From Candidatus Latescibacterota bacterium (GTDB lineage: Bacteria > Latescibacterota > UBA2968 > UBA8231), in the NCBI GenBank assembly GCA_036336855.1, contig JAYZFI010000028.1:736-64735 (forward strand): DNA of 64,000 bases, given 5' to 3'. How positions within the stretch are numbered: position 1 is the first letter of the stretch; each line of letters opens with the position of its first letter. The notes below the pieces were generated by a model that did not search any database, had not been told where the DNA came from, and saw only the letters and a program-made list of their open reading frames with translations. The position numbers and the translations under genes were made by a program. Positions 46,687 through 55,622 of this stretch are shown in pieces.

Positions 46687-47933
46687 GGTGCGCCAAGATG
46701 GAGATTGGCAAAGTCGATCCACTGTTCCCAATCGAAGGCGGTGACATCGTGGCCTCCGGGGCGCTGGTGATAGCCGATGTGACCCGAGGCGGTGGCCGCT
46801 CCGATGGGAGGCGTTTCGTCTTCTTTGAGTCCTTGGAGAGTGAACAGATGATAAACCGGGCCGGCGTGCCGGGCGGCGAGAAACTCGCCCTTGGGATCGG
46901 CCCAGCGATCCTGTTCGGCGCTAGCAAGGTACACCGGCCGTGGTGCACTCAAGGAGACGAGCAGGTGTTGGTCCACGGGCAGCTTCCCCTCGCGACCGTT
47001 GTATTCCCGGAAGCGGTCGCAGAACCAGTGTGGGAAGATGTCGTTGATCGATCGCACAGTTTCGCCGTAGTTGCGCCGAGACAAGGCGGCGCCTCCGCAG
47101 CCGGAGTTGTTGGAGATAACGAGAGCAAAACGTTCGTCTTGCGCCCCCGCCCACAGGGCGGTCTTGCCGAGCCGAGAGTGTCCCATGACACAGACGCGTT
47201 CGGCGTCGATGTCGTTGTCGGTCCGCAAATAGTCGAGACAACGGCTTAGGCCCCACGCCCATGCCCCGATCGTACCCCAACGATGCTTGGGGTCGATGGC
47301 CCCGCCTAGGGCGGCGGGGGAATAATCGGGGAATAGTGGATGCACGCCATTGACGTAGCCATCGTCGAAGTCGGGGTCGAAGTCGCCGTTGTGTACGGTG
47401 GCGACGCCGTAACCGGCGTTGACGACCCGTTCCACTTGCCAGCGTGCCGTCTTGATGCCCCGCGAGGCCTCGGTGGCGCGGTGGTCGAAGATGCCGTCAT
47501 CTCTGCTTCCGCGCACCCAGCCCTGTGGCATCCTGATCTCCGGATCGGCGCGCACAGTCTGGTTGCCATGGAAGTTGAGCCCGATGAAGACGGGCGCCGG
47601 ACTTCGCACCCGCGGCAGATAGAGCAGTAGCTCCGCCTCCAGGGCACCGCGGCCTTTGCCAAAGCGCAGTCGCACCTGACGCCGCCGCGCCCGCCCTCCG
47701 AGAATGGTGCCCTCCTCGACGACGTTGCTCGTCGTGGCGATCGGTATCGGCGGCGTGACCCCGTACACGTGCTCGGCGAACAGCTGCAGCACCTCGGGAC
47801 GCCGTAGTTGTCGCCACTCCTCTGCATTTTCTACCAGGCGACCGTCCAGACAGCGCAACGGGTCGGGCAGCTCGTAGTTGGCGACGGCGGCTTCGTCGTA
47901 GTTGATATCGGCGCGACTCATTATCGCCCCCAT
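46683..47933 (-). CDS. CE15-like glucuronoyl esterase / alpha/beta hydrolase, no signal peptide
   Basis: NYELPDPLRCLDGRLVENAEEWRQLRRPEVLQLFAEHVYG N-terminal block. Nucleophile region VMGHSRLGKTALWAGAQDERF resembles the CE15 G-C/H-S-R-x-G-K motif. The start is probably the ATG at 47933 or 47921 rather than the track's 48089. Confidence 0.55.
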   Translation of the reverse strand: MGAIMSRADINYDEAAVANYELPDPLRCLDGRLVENAEEWRQLRRPEVLQLFAEHVYGVTPPIPIATTSNVVEEGTILGGRARRRQVRLRFGKGRGALEAELLLYLPRVRSPAPVFIGLNFHGNQTVRADPEIRMPQGWVRGSRDDGIFDHRATEASRGIKTARWQVERVVNAGYGVATVHNGDFDPDFDDGYVNGVHPLFPDYSPAALGGAIDPKHRWGTIGAWAWGLSRCLDYLRTDNDIDAERVCVMGHSRLGKTALWAGAQDERFALVISNNSGCGGAALSRRNYGETVRSINDIFPHWFCDRFREYNGREGKLPVDQHLLVSLSAPRPVYLASAEQDRWADPKGEFLAARHAGPVYHLFTLQGLKEDETPPIGAATASGHIGYHQRPGGHDVTAFDWEQWIDFANLHLGAP

Positions 47934-48033
47934 AAACGAAGTCGGGTTACGGCAATTTGCGGTCGCGCCCTGTCTGTGCAGGCGCAGCAATGTCGTTGTT
48001 GCTCGATGGTCATCGGGTCTATTGTAAGGACCC

Positions 48034-48669
48034 ATGACGAGCCTACCAACGTACTGGTGCCAGCGTTGTCGCTCACCCTTGGAGCCCAACGCCGACCTAC
48101 AACGCCCGCCTTGGTCGACGGCGGAGTGGATCCGCGAGTTTACTCTTGCCCAGGACGGAGGAGCACTGCCGCCGGAGCGTTTTCTCGAGACGGCGCTGCT
48201 CTGGGACGACGAGTATCTCTACGCTGCCTACCGCTCCGCTCCGGCTCTCGTGCCAGTGACCAAGAGGGAGAACAACTCTGACCTTTGGAAGGAGCATGCT
48301 GTCGAGCTCTTTCTCGCCGCTGAAGACACGGGCTATTACGAGATTGAGGTCAATCCCTTGGGCGCCGTGCTCGACCTGCACTTCCCTCACGAAAACGCCG
48401 ACTGGATTGCGGCTCGCCAGTGGGACGCGGAAGGGCTGCGTAGCGCCGTGTCTACGACGTTGTTCGGCAACAAAGAAGTCTGGTCGACGGAATTCGCCCT
48501 GCCTTGGGTCGATATGCCTGCGCTGTTTCGCCAGGACGACGAGATGCGCGCGCAGATCTGTCGCTCCGGGGGCCGCCCCGACGGTACTTTTGAGCTACCC
48601 GCCTGGGGTCCTGTGCGCTTCCAATTCTGCGAGAGCGCGAGCATGGGTCGGATCCTGCTTGTTCCCTGA
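48034..48669 (+). CDS. carbohydrate-binding family 9 (CBM9/DOMON-like) domain protein
   Basis: ALLWDDEYLYAAY...HAVELFLAAEDTGYYEIEVNPLGAVLDLHF matches the CBM9-like pattern (WD..yLY...D.vE.F.....YyEfevnp.g). AAGGA lies upstream of the ATG. No signal peptide. Confidence 0.5.
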   Translation: MTSLPTYWCQRCRSPLEPNADLQRPPWSTAEWIREFTLAQDGGALPPERFLETALLWDDEYLYAAYRSAPALVPVTKRENNSDLWKEHAVELFLAAEDTGYYEIEVNPLGAVLDLHFPHENADWIAARQWDAEGLRSAVSTTLFGNKEVWSTEFALPWVDMPALFRQDDEMRAQICRSGGRPDGTFELPAWGPVRFQFCESASMGRILLVP

Positions 48670-48847
48670 CCATCAATGCAGAACATGAGAATCCTGCAAC
48701 CTTCAGTTGGGCGGGCCTCGATTCCAGTCAGCACGACGGGCTCGCTGCGACTGAATGGCGATCTTCTGCAATAGCTCGACTTTGGTCCGCCGATCGGATT
48801 CCGGTGTGGAGTTGGAGCAGCTTTTGCCGGATGGGGCGGCGGCGCGC

Positions 48848-49663
48848 TCAGTCGCGCCGGTCCGGATTCGAGATGCTCGCCCCTGCCTCAAGCCGGTGGC
48901 TGGCCGCTTTCGTTTCTCGCACGCTCCACTCCCGGTAGGCGGGTGTGTACACCGAGTCGTGCAGGGTAGCGCGCAGACGGTACGGCACGTAGTTACCGAT
49001 GTGCCACAATGTGTTGCGGTAAAGGCAGTAATCGCCGGTGGCTAAGTGCAGTTGCTGGGCCTCCGGCATGCTCAGCACATACTGCAGGCAGGTGCGCTCG
49101 CGTTCCTCATAGCTGAGCCCCTTCAGCTCCGGAGTGTTGATGGGCCGGTCGGGAAAGCGCTCCATCTCGCGAGGCAGATCGGGACGCAGGTGACTGCCGG
49201 GTACCACCCAAGTGGAGGAGTCCTCATAGAGCGCGCAGTTCACCTGGTTGAAAAGAGCTGGATCGCGGCAACCGGCATCCCACCGTGCCAGATCAAGGCC
49301 GGGGAGGTTATCGCGCCAGTCCCGGTGCCAAGCCGTGCACCAGGGCAGCTCTGCCGGTTCCAACAGTATCCCCAAGTGATCGCGGTCGCCGTGCTCATGT
49401 TCTTCGCTGAGCAGCGCGTGAATGGCGTCGTTGAGCTCGGCGAGCTCGGCGTAGTCGATGAAGGGCTTCTGATCGAGGTCATAAGCACTCACCGGTTGCA
49501 ATCGCTGTGCCTGGGGCCCCTGCTTGCGGCGGGCGAGCTCGCGAGCAGCGTCAGTGACGCGCCGCAGGTCGGCGATCAGCGCTGCCGGTAGCACGCTCTC
49601 AAAAATGGAATAACCGAGCTGGTGGTAGCTGTCGATGTGGCGTTCGCTGAGAGTGAAAGGCAT
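48848..49663 (-). CDS. phytanoyl-CoA dioxygenase (PhyH) family Fe(II)/2-oxoglutarate oxygenase
   Basis: LSERHIDSYHQLGYSIFESVLP N-terminus, H-x-D in TAWHRDWRD, VVPGSHLR, distal His in TLWHIGNY. Confidence 0.75.
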   Translation of the reverse strand: MPFTLSERHIDSYHQLGYSIFESVLPAALIADLRRVTDAARELARRKQGPQAQRLQPVSAYDLDQKPFIDYAELAELNDAIHALLSEEHEHGDRDHLGILLEPAELPWCTAWHRDWRDNLPGLDLARWDAGCRDPALFNQVNCALYEDSSTWVVPGSHLRPDLPREMERFPDRPINTPELKGLSYEERERTCLQYVLSMPEAQQLHLATGDYCLYRNTLWHIGNYVPYRLRATLHDSVYTPAYREWSVRETKAASHRLEAGASISNPDRRD

Positions 49664-49697
49664 TAATTACCTGCGGCTCTCTCGTTTCTCCCGTGCC

Positions 49698-50426
49698 CTA
49701 TTTCACCTGCTCGCGAACCCAGGCGGTGACCAAATTCACCATGGGAGCAATGCCGTCGTCGCTGAACACGTGATCGATACTTTCCAGAACCTCGAGGTGG
49801 GCGTTGCTGCCGGCGCGTGCCAGAATGTCGCGGGAGTCGCTCAGGGGTACGACGTCGTCTTCACTGCCGTGCACCAGCAGCCAAGGCACGGCGATCTGCG
49901 ATCCTAGTTCGACAACGCTGTCAATGGCGTTCATGTCGTCGAGATAGGTGCTCGACAGCGGGCAGGCCACGTCATCCCACATGCAGCCCTGGTCCGGGGT
50001 GACGTCGGCGAACTCGCGCTCGACGAATTTGCGGGTGTGCACCATGCCCGCCAGGGACCCCAGCCAGCGCACGCGGTCGTCGTGGCCGGCGCGGGTGACA
50101 CCCACGGCGGCGCCCATGCTGTGGCCGATCAGACAAATGGGGCGGTCACCCACAGCCTCGAACATGGCACCGAGGTCCTCCACCTCCTTGCTGATCGTGG
50201 AATCTTCGAAGCGCCCTTCGGAATCGCCGTTGCCGGAAAAGGACATGCGCACCGTGACGACGCCCGCCGCCGATAGCCCCTTGGCAAGGGCGACGACGAA
50301 GGGGCGGTCCTTGTTGCCGGTGACGCCGTGGGCGATGACGACCACCGGATCGCCGTCATTGCGACTGCCTTCGTGAAAGCTATAATCCAGGCGCTCGCCC
50401 TGGGCGTTCCTCACTTCACCAAACAT
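49698..50426 (-). CDS. alpha/beta hydrolase (serine hydrolase)
   Basis: VVVIAHGVTGN, nucleophile elbow LIGHSMGAAV, late LLVHGSEDDVVP and IDHVF (His). Confidence 0.75.
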   Translation of the reverse strand: MFGEVRNAQGERLDYSFHEGSRNDGDPVVVIAHGVTGNKDRPFVVALAKGLSAAGVVTVRMSFSGNGDSEGRFEDSTISKEVEDLGAMFEAVGDRPICLIGHSMGAAVGVTRAGHDDRVRWLGSLAGMVHTRKFVEREFADVTPDQGCMWDDVACPLSSTYLDDMNAIDSVVELGSQIAVPWLLVHGSEDDVVPLSDSRDILARAGSNAHLEVLESIDHVFSDDGIAPMVNLVTAWVREQVK

Positions 50427-50503
50427 GGCTTTCCTCCGCGTGTGGCAGGTCTTGAATGGGCGCTAGATACACTGCTTCTGGCCGATCCCGGGAAGGAACC
50501 CCT

Positions 50504-51583
50504 TCAGCCGCTCCGCAGCACGCGGTCGCGGTCAGCGCCCTGCAGCGGCAGTTCCACCCAGGTGCCGTTGGCGTCGTGGGATACGTGAAAGCCGACGATC
50601 GCTGCCAAGGTGCGCACCGCCTCGGCGGCGTCGTAAGAGAACGCCCCTCCGTCGCCATCGAGCCAGGCCACGATCTCCTGCACAGCGCGATCCATGCCGG
50701 ACTCGCCGCCCGCGTCATCCGGTGCCCAGATTTGCTCGCCGCCATCAGCGCCGTGCACGACCACCTCCCTAATCCGGCACTCCGCCCAGCCTTCGGTGCC
50801 ATGCAAGCGGATACGCATGGGAGTGACACCGTACTCGGCGGCGTCGACGACGCAGATCAGATCGCCAACCGGCCCTGCCTGTGACCCTGTGGGCCGCTGC
50901 AGGCGCAGCAGGCCCCAGCCACCGGGGTCGTGAAAGTCGTTGCCCCGACAGTCGGGTTTGCCCGATAGGTCGAGGATACCGGACACCGCAGTGATGGGCA
51001 TGCCCGTGAGCAGCTGAATACCGTCGAACATGTGGGTGCCCACATTGCCCAACCGTCCCGACGTCCACTGCAGCGATGCCGAGGTCAGCGTGCCTAGGCC
51101 GCCGCTGCCGATCAAGTCGCGTAGGCGCCGCATGTTCGGGCTAAAGCGAATTTGGTGGTTGATGACCAGCAGGGCGCCCGCCTGATCGCAGGCGCGGAGC
51201 ATGCCTTCGGCTTCGACCAAGGTGGGGGCCACCGGTTTCTCGCAGTACACGACGCGGGCACCGGCAGCCAGCGCGGCATGGGTGATTTCGGCGTGCGTCG
51301 GCGTGTAGGTGGCGATACAGACGATGTCGAGAGCCGCGGCGTCCTTCAGCATCTGCTGCCAGTCTGCGAAGACTGGCACGCCAAACCGGTTGTGGAAGCG
51401 TTGGCGTCGGCCGGCATTCCGACTCGAGCCGGCGACTAGGGCGACCCGCTCGCAGTTGTGCAGCCCCATCACATGGGTGCCGTCGAGATCCTCCACGCAC
51501 TGTCCCAAGGCATCGCCCGAGACCTGGTCGGCGCCGCCGATGAAGCCGAGGCCGACAATGGCGGCGCGGTAGTGGTCGCTCAT
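50504..51583 (-). CDS. Gfo/Idh/MocA family oxidoreductase
   Basis: YRAAIVGLGFIGG Rossmann start and VYCEKPVAPT EKP motif. GGAGGAA SD 8 nt upstream of the ATG. Confidence 0.8.
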   Translation of the reverse strand: MSDHYRAAIVGLGFIGGADQVSGDALGQCVEDLDGTHVMGLHNCERVALVAGSSRNAGRRQRFHNRFGVPVFADWQQMLKDAAALDIVCIATYTPTHAEITHAALAAGARVVYCEKPVAPTLVEAEGMLRACDQAGALLVINHQIRFSPNMRRLRDLIGSGGLGTLTSASLQWTSGRLGNVGTHMFDGIQLLTGMPITAVSGILDLSGKPDCRGNDFHDPGGWGLLRLQRPTGSQAGPVGDLICVVDAAEYGVTPMRIRLHGTEGWAECRIREVVVHGADGGEQIWAPDDAGGESGMDRAVQEIVAWLDGDGGAFSYDAAEAVRTLAAIVGFHVSHDANGTWVELPLQGADRDRVLRSG

Positions 51584-51612
51584 TGCTCTTATTCCTCCGC
51601 GGGGAATAGACT

Positions 51613-51640
51613 ACTCACCCTATAAGAATGGGCGCCTAAG
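51613..51640. repeat. perfect tandem duplication of the 14-mer TAAGAATGGGCGCC
   Basis: 51613-51626 and 51627-51640 are identical. The repeat lies 30-57 nt upstream of the minus-strand Gfo/Idh/MocA start codon (51583). Confidence 0.9.
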
Positions 51641-52294
51641 AATGGGCGCCAGGTGGCCTCGGGCGTCAAGGTCTTCGAGAGTATCTTCTGTGCCCAGATT
51701 CTCCGTCCAAAAAAACCAAGTCCAGAGGTTCAAATCCAGCCATCCCGGACTCGCTCAGGAGGCGGTCAACATAGCGACAGGGTGATGCCGACGTACGGGA
51801 GCCCCATTGCAGCTACTCCACCGACATGAAGCTCATCTGTAGGTCTGCTTGCGTCGGGGTCGAGCAGATCGGCTCGGTGTCCGGGTATTCTAAGCACGCC
51901 GATATGGCGGACGTTGCCAAACCATGCCCTCAGATTCCCAACACCGTCTAGGAAATCTGAGACTTCCCGCCCCTGTTGTTCCTACAATCCCCCGCCTCGG
52001 GACTAAAGGGGATTCCAACTCTTGGAAACATCTGTAAGAATAATAATCACAGCAAGTTATGGCGTTATATGGAGCGCAGAAAGGCCGGCGCCATTTTCTC
52101 CCGAAAAGTGAACATGGCCCCATTACATCGGGAAACACGAGAAATTACGTCACGGAAAGATTCGGCTGTCGATGAAAACCGTGAAAGTGAGATGGTTAGC
52201 CGAGGACCCCCCAGGCGGCCGGGTTCGGATGGCATGCTATTTGTTGAGAATTCGGGCGGGTGGAGGCATTCCAAAGCCCGACAAGGAGAGCGAG

Positions 52295-52519
52295 ATGCCG
52301 CACTACCGTTACAAGGACGCATTGGGAAGCTCCGATGAGATCACCGTTATCGAAGACAAGGGGATGTTTGTCAAAGATCCGAAGGGCAGCTGGGCCCCCG
52401 GCTTTGAGTTCATCGACAGCCGCACCGTGAAGGCTCATCCCTTCATCATCGAGGCTCTGATACTCGACGCCGAGCGCCTGTGGTCGATGGATGAAGTCCT
52501 CACCGAGCTTGAGAGCTAA
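52295..52519 (+). CDS. small hypothetical protein (74 aa)
   Basis: The ATG at 52295 is preceded by CAAGGAGAG. Sequence MPHYRYKDALGSSDEITVIEDKGMFVKDPKGSW.... It sits alone in a lower-GC, otherwise non-coding 1.4-kb stretch. No family recognised. Confidence 0.35.
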   Translation: MPHYRYKDALGSSDEITVIEDKGMFVKDPKGSWAPGFEFIDSRTVKAHPFIIEALILDAERLWSMDEVLTELES

Positions 52520-52955
52520 CTAGCGCCTACGCGGTCGGCGCCGTGCCTATCGGCGACTCCTCCTATTCGGACCACTCGCGCAGTTCCCGACTACAGATTT
52601 ACCACCTGCACCTCCGCGTGCAGCGTGCGATGAACCGGAAACCGGTCGGCAATCTATTACGCGCTGATGCTGCGCCCTCGTTAATAGATCCGATCTGGTC
52701 TACGTGCCCGGTGCGGGATTTGGATTCCTCCCAATTCTCCGGTGTGGATTCTGGCGTGATCCAACCGTAATTCCACCGACTCCTAAGGCTCACCCCCTGC
52801 TGGCCTACATCCACGAGGCGTCTTGAAGGAAAGAGAGCCGCTAAGATGGGTGAGCACAGGCCCTGTCGGGTAAGCGCACTGCAGGCGGTGTGCCCCCTTG
52901 CTGGGTATACTCAGGACGGATAATGCGGAAACCGCGTTCGGAGAAAGGATCGAGG

Positions 52956-55622
52956 ATGCTCTTCTCGCAGCCGTGCCCATTGCGGCTTCGTCTCCAAGGT
53001 CTCGGGATTGCGCTCTGGCTTGCTATCGCCGCCACAGCAACGCCCGTTCTGAGCCAACGGCCGGAGATTCTAAATCTCACCCAGCTGGGTCAGTTCGACC
53101 CGGTGAGGGAGCGGCGCAGCGCCGACTTTTATATCTCCGGCAACTACGCCTTCATGGGCGATTTCGACAGTTCACGGCTGCACGTCATCGACATCTCCCA
53201 TCCCGGCGATATGCACCTCGTCGCCGAGGTTGACATAGGTCAGTCCGACGTCCTTGATGTCAAAATCGCCGGAGACCTGGCCGTGCTCGGCATGCAGGGC
53301 TCGTCCTCCGACGCTGGCCTCGCCATTGTCGACATCTCCGATCCCGCGGATCCGGAGCTGCTGTCGGTGCTTTCACGACGTGGGTGGTTTGGCGTGCACA
53401 ATCTGTTCGTGTACGAGCAGCACGTTTATCTCGCTCACAGTGCCAGTCTAGGCATCACCGTCGTGAACATCAGCGATCCATCCGATCCTTTCATCGTCAG
53501 CCACTGGCGACACCCGAGCTTCAGCAACGCCGCCCACGACATCTTCATCTCCGGCGGCATCGCCTACGTCAGCGACTTCTTCAGCGGACTCGCCCTCGTC
53601 GACGTCAGCGATCCGACCGAGTTGAGGATAATGTCTTCGCTACCGTCTCCCGAGGGGGTCCACAGCGCGTGGCGCCACGGCGACTACGTCTATTACAACC
53701 AAGAATTCGGAGGCTTCGTTCGGCGCCTACACATCGCCGATGTCAGCGACCCCCTCGATCCGATTCGGGCCGGCAGCTTCCGTCCCTCGCCCATTCCAAT
53801 CGCAGCCAGTGAAGGACCGCACAACCCTTTCGTCGACGGCGACCTGCTGTACTGGGCCTACTACGACTCCGGACTGCGGGTATTTGACATCAGCGAACCC
53901 GGGCAGCCCGTGGAGATTGCCTATCACAAGACGCCACGGGCATGGAGTGCGCAGACGGGGGCGGACGGCACCATCTTCGTCGCCGATATGGTAGGGGGTC
54001 TGTTCGCGTTCTCCCTGCAACGGCCCGCGTGGGCCGTGCGTGAGGTCATCCTCGCCCCGACGGAGTTACCCGCGGGGCCGGATGCTGCGGTCTCTGTCAC
54101 CGCCATCGTTGAACCTTCGAGTCTGTCCGCCTCACCCCCGCCGCGAGTGACGGCGCGGGTCTACGGAGGAGAAGCCGACGATCCGGCCTTGGAGCTAGAG
54201 CGGAGCGAAAGCGACGACGGGGGACGATGGCGGTATCGGGGTCGTCTGCTCGACTTCGATCGCGTTCCCGGCGACTACACAGTTCGCGTCGAAGCCATCG
54301 ACGCTGACGGGGGCCGCTACCCACTCGACAGTCAGGTCACGGTGCCCGCCGAAGGAGATCTCGTCATTTTCAACGACGGTTTGGCCACGACCTGGTCTGC
54401 GACTGGTTTTGGAGGCGCCGAGGAACGCGTGGCGTCGGCGCCCGTGTTCGCCGGGTCCACCGCCCTTCAAATCCGGACTGATCCCATCGGAAGCTTCGGA
54501 TGGAAGATCACCTTCGAAGCGGATGCACCCATCGATTCTGAGCCGTACCGCGGCGTGCGTCTCGCTCTGCACCCCGGAACTCTGGGCGACGGAGATCAGT
54601 TGCGTCTGACCGTGAACGCAGGGGGACCCGTATTCATCGATCTGCTCCACGGAGACGCCGACGCCATGGTGGATCTCGACCGCGACGATTGGCAGGAGAT
54701 CGAACTGCTATTCGAGGACTTCGAGGTCAGGGGCCCAATCGAGTTCGTGCGGGTCAGCGGAAACTTTACCGGCGAGTTCTTCCTAGATGAAATCCGTCTT
54801 CTGGAGTTTCCTCCTGCCACGGAAGATCTGCCGATTATCACCGACGATTTCGCCAGGGGTTGGTTTGCTCAAGGAGAGCTCGGAGCCGTGTACTCCTTCG
54901 TCGGTATCGGCGACGCCGTCGAGGGCGAACGCGCCGTACAGCTGCGGGTGACCCCTTCTCGCGATTTTTTCAATCAGTGGTTCATGAGCTTCCTTCCCCC
55001 GGAGCCGATCCCTACCCGTGGCTATCAGACGCTGCGCTTTTACCTGCGAGTGCCCGAGGGCAACCCTAAACAGGATGCCATCCTCACTCTTGCCGTTCTC
55101 TCTTCGAGCCCATTTCGGCGGGTTCTCCAGCTCGCCTCCGGATCTGACCGAGACGCCGTCGATCTCAGAAGTCGCGAATGGCAGGATGTCGAAGTCGTGC
55201 TCCGCGACCTTGAGCTCCAAGGAGACATCAGGGAGATTCAATTTTCCGGCAGCATGGAAGGTTTGCTGGAAATCGACCACATGCACCTCAGCGTAAGAGC
55301 CGCCGAGTCGATGACGGCGGTACTCACCAACGCAGAGCTTCACGATAGCTTCTCCCTGCACCGCAGCTACCCGAATCCCTTCAACAGCACTGCTGTCATC
55401 GAGTTCGATCTACCCGCCGACACCGAGGCCGACATCGCCGTCTACAATATCGGTGGCCAACGCGTGCGTACCCTGAGCTCCGGGTTTCACGTCGCCGGCT
55501 TCCATCGCTTGCAATGGGGCGGCCTCGACGATCAGGCCCGGCCGCTGGCCAGCGGCGTCTACTTCTACCATCTGCATTCGCCGGGGATGCGGCTCACCGG
55601 GCGCATGACGTTACTGCGATGA
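52956..55622 (+). CDS. secreted LVIVD-repeat beta-propeller protein with two tandem beta-sandwich (CBM-like) modules and a T9SS-type (Por/FlgD-Ig-like) C-terminal sorting domain
   Basis: Signal peptide from the ATG at 52956 (MLFSQPCPLRLRLQGLGIALWLAIAATATPVLSQ). LVIVD-type repeats: LHVIDISHPGDM, LAIVDISDPADPELLS, ITVVNISDPSDPFIVS, LALVDVSDPTELRIMS, LHIADVSDPLDPIRAGS, LRVFDISEPGQPVEIA. Two ~155-aa related modules lie at about 54351-54810 and 54820-55295. C-terminal SYPNPFNSTAVIEFDLPADTEADIAVYNIGGQRVRTL...SGVYFYHL. Confidence 0.8.
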   Translation: MLFSQPCPLRLRLQGLGIALWLAIAATATPVLSQRPEILNLTQLGQFDPVRERRSADFYISGNYAFMGDFDSSRLHVIDISHPGDMHLVAEVDIGQSDVLDVKIAGDLAVLGMQGSSSDAGLAIVDISDPADPELLSVLSRRGWFGVHNLFVYEQHVYLAHSASLGITVVNISDPSDPFIVSHWRHPSFSNAAHDIFISGGIAYVSDFFSGLALVDVSDPTELRIMSSLPSPEGVHSAWRHGDYVYYNQEFGGFVRRLHIADVSDPLDPIRAGSFRPSPIPIAASEGPHNPFVDGDLLYWAYYDSGLRVFDISEPGQPVEIAYHKTPRAWSAQTGADGTIFVADMVGGLFAFSLQRPAWAVREVILAPTELPAGPDAAVSVTAIVEPSSLSASPPPRVTARVYGGEADDPALELERSESDDGGRWRYRGRLLDFDRVPGDYTVRVEAIDADGGRYPLDSQVTVPAEGDLVIFNDGLATTWSATGFGGAEERVASAPVFAGSTALQIRTDPIGSFGWKITFEADAPIDSEPYRGVRLALHPGTLGDGDQLRLTVNAGGPVFIDLLHGDADAMVDLDRDDWQEIELLFEDFEVRGPIEFVRVSGNFTGEFFLDEIRLLEFPPATEDLPIITDDFARGWFAQGELGAVYSFVGIGDAVEGERAVQLRVTPSRDFFNQWFMSFLPPEPIPTRGYQTLRFYLRVPEGNPKQDAILTLAVLSSSPFRRVLQLASGSDRDAVDLRSREWQDVEVVLRDLELQGDIREIQFSGSMEGLLEIDHMHLSVRAAESMTAVLTNAELHDSFSLHRSYPNPFNSTAVIEFDLPADTEADIAVYNIGGQRVRTLSSGFHVAGFHRLQWGGLDDQARPLASGVYFYHLHSPGMRLTGRMTLLR

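Noticed and set aside
51613-51640. The tandem 14-mer, and the 13-mer repeats at 61702-61771, as a possible minimal CRISPR array.
   Set aside because: There are only two copies. One pair has no spacer and the other has a 44-nt spacer. The repeats are far shorter than CRISPR repeats, and no cas genes are present in the window.
51721-51750. tRNA-like T-arm string (GGTTCAAATCC) that could mark a tRNA or tmRNA gene, or an integration site.
   Set aside because: The flanking bases do not form a T-stem; only 2 of 5 pairs are possible. I found no D-arm, anticodon arm, acceptor stem or CCA context on either strand. At most it is a degraded fragment, so it is not called as a tRNA.
51584-52955. The lower-GC island as an integrated mobile element or prophage remnant.
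   Set aside because: No integrase, transposase, terminal inverted repeats or flanking direct repeats could be found by eye. It is kept only as an unexplained non-coding region in the findings.
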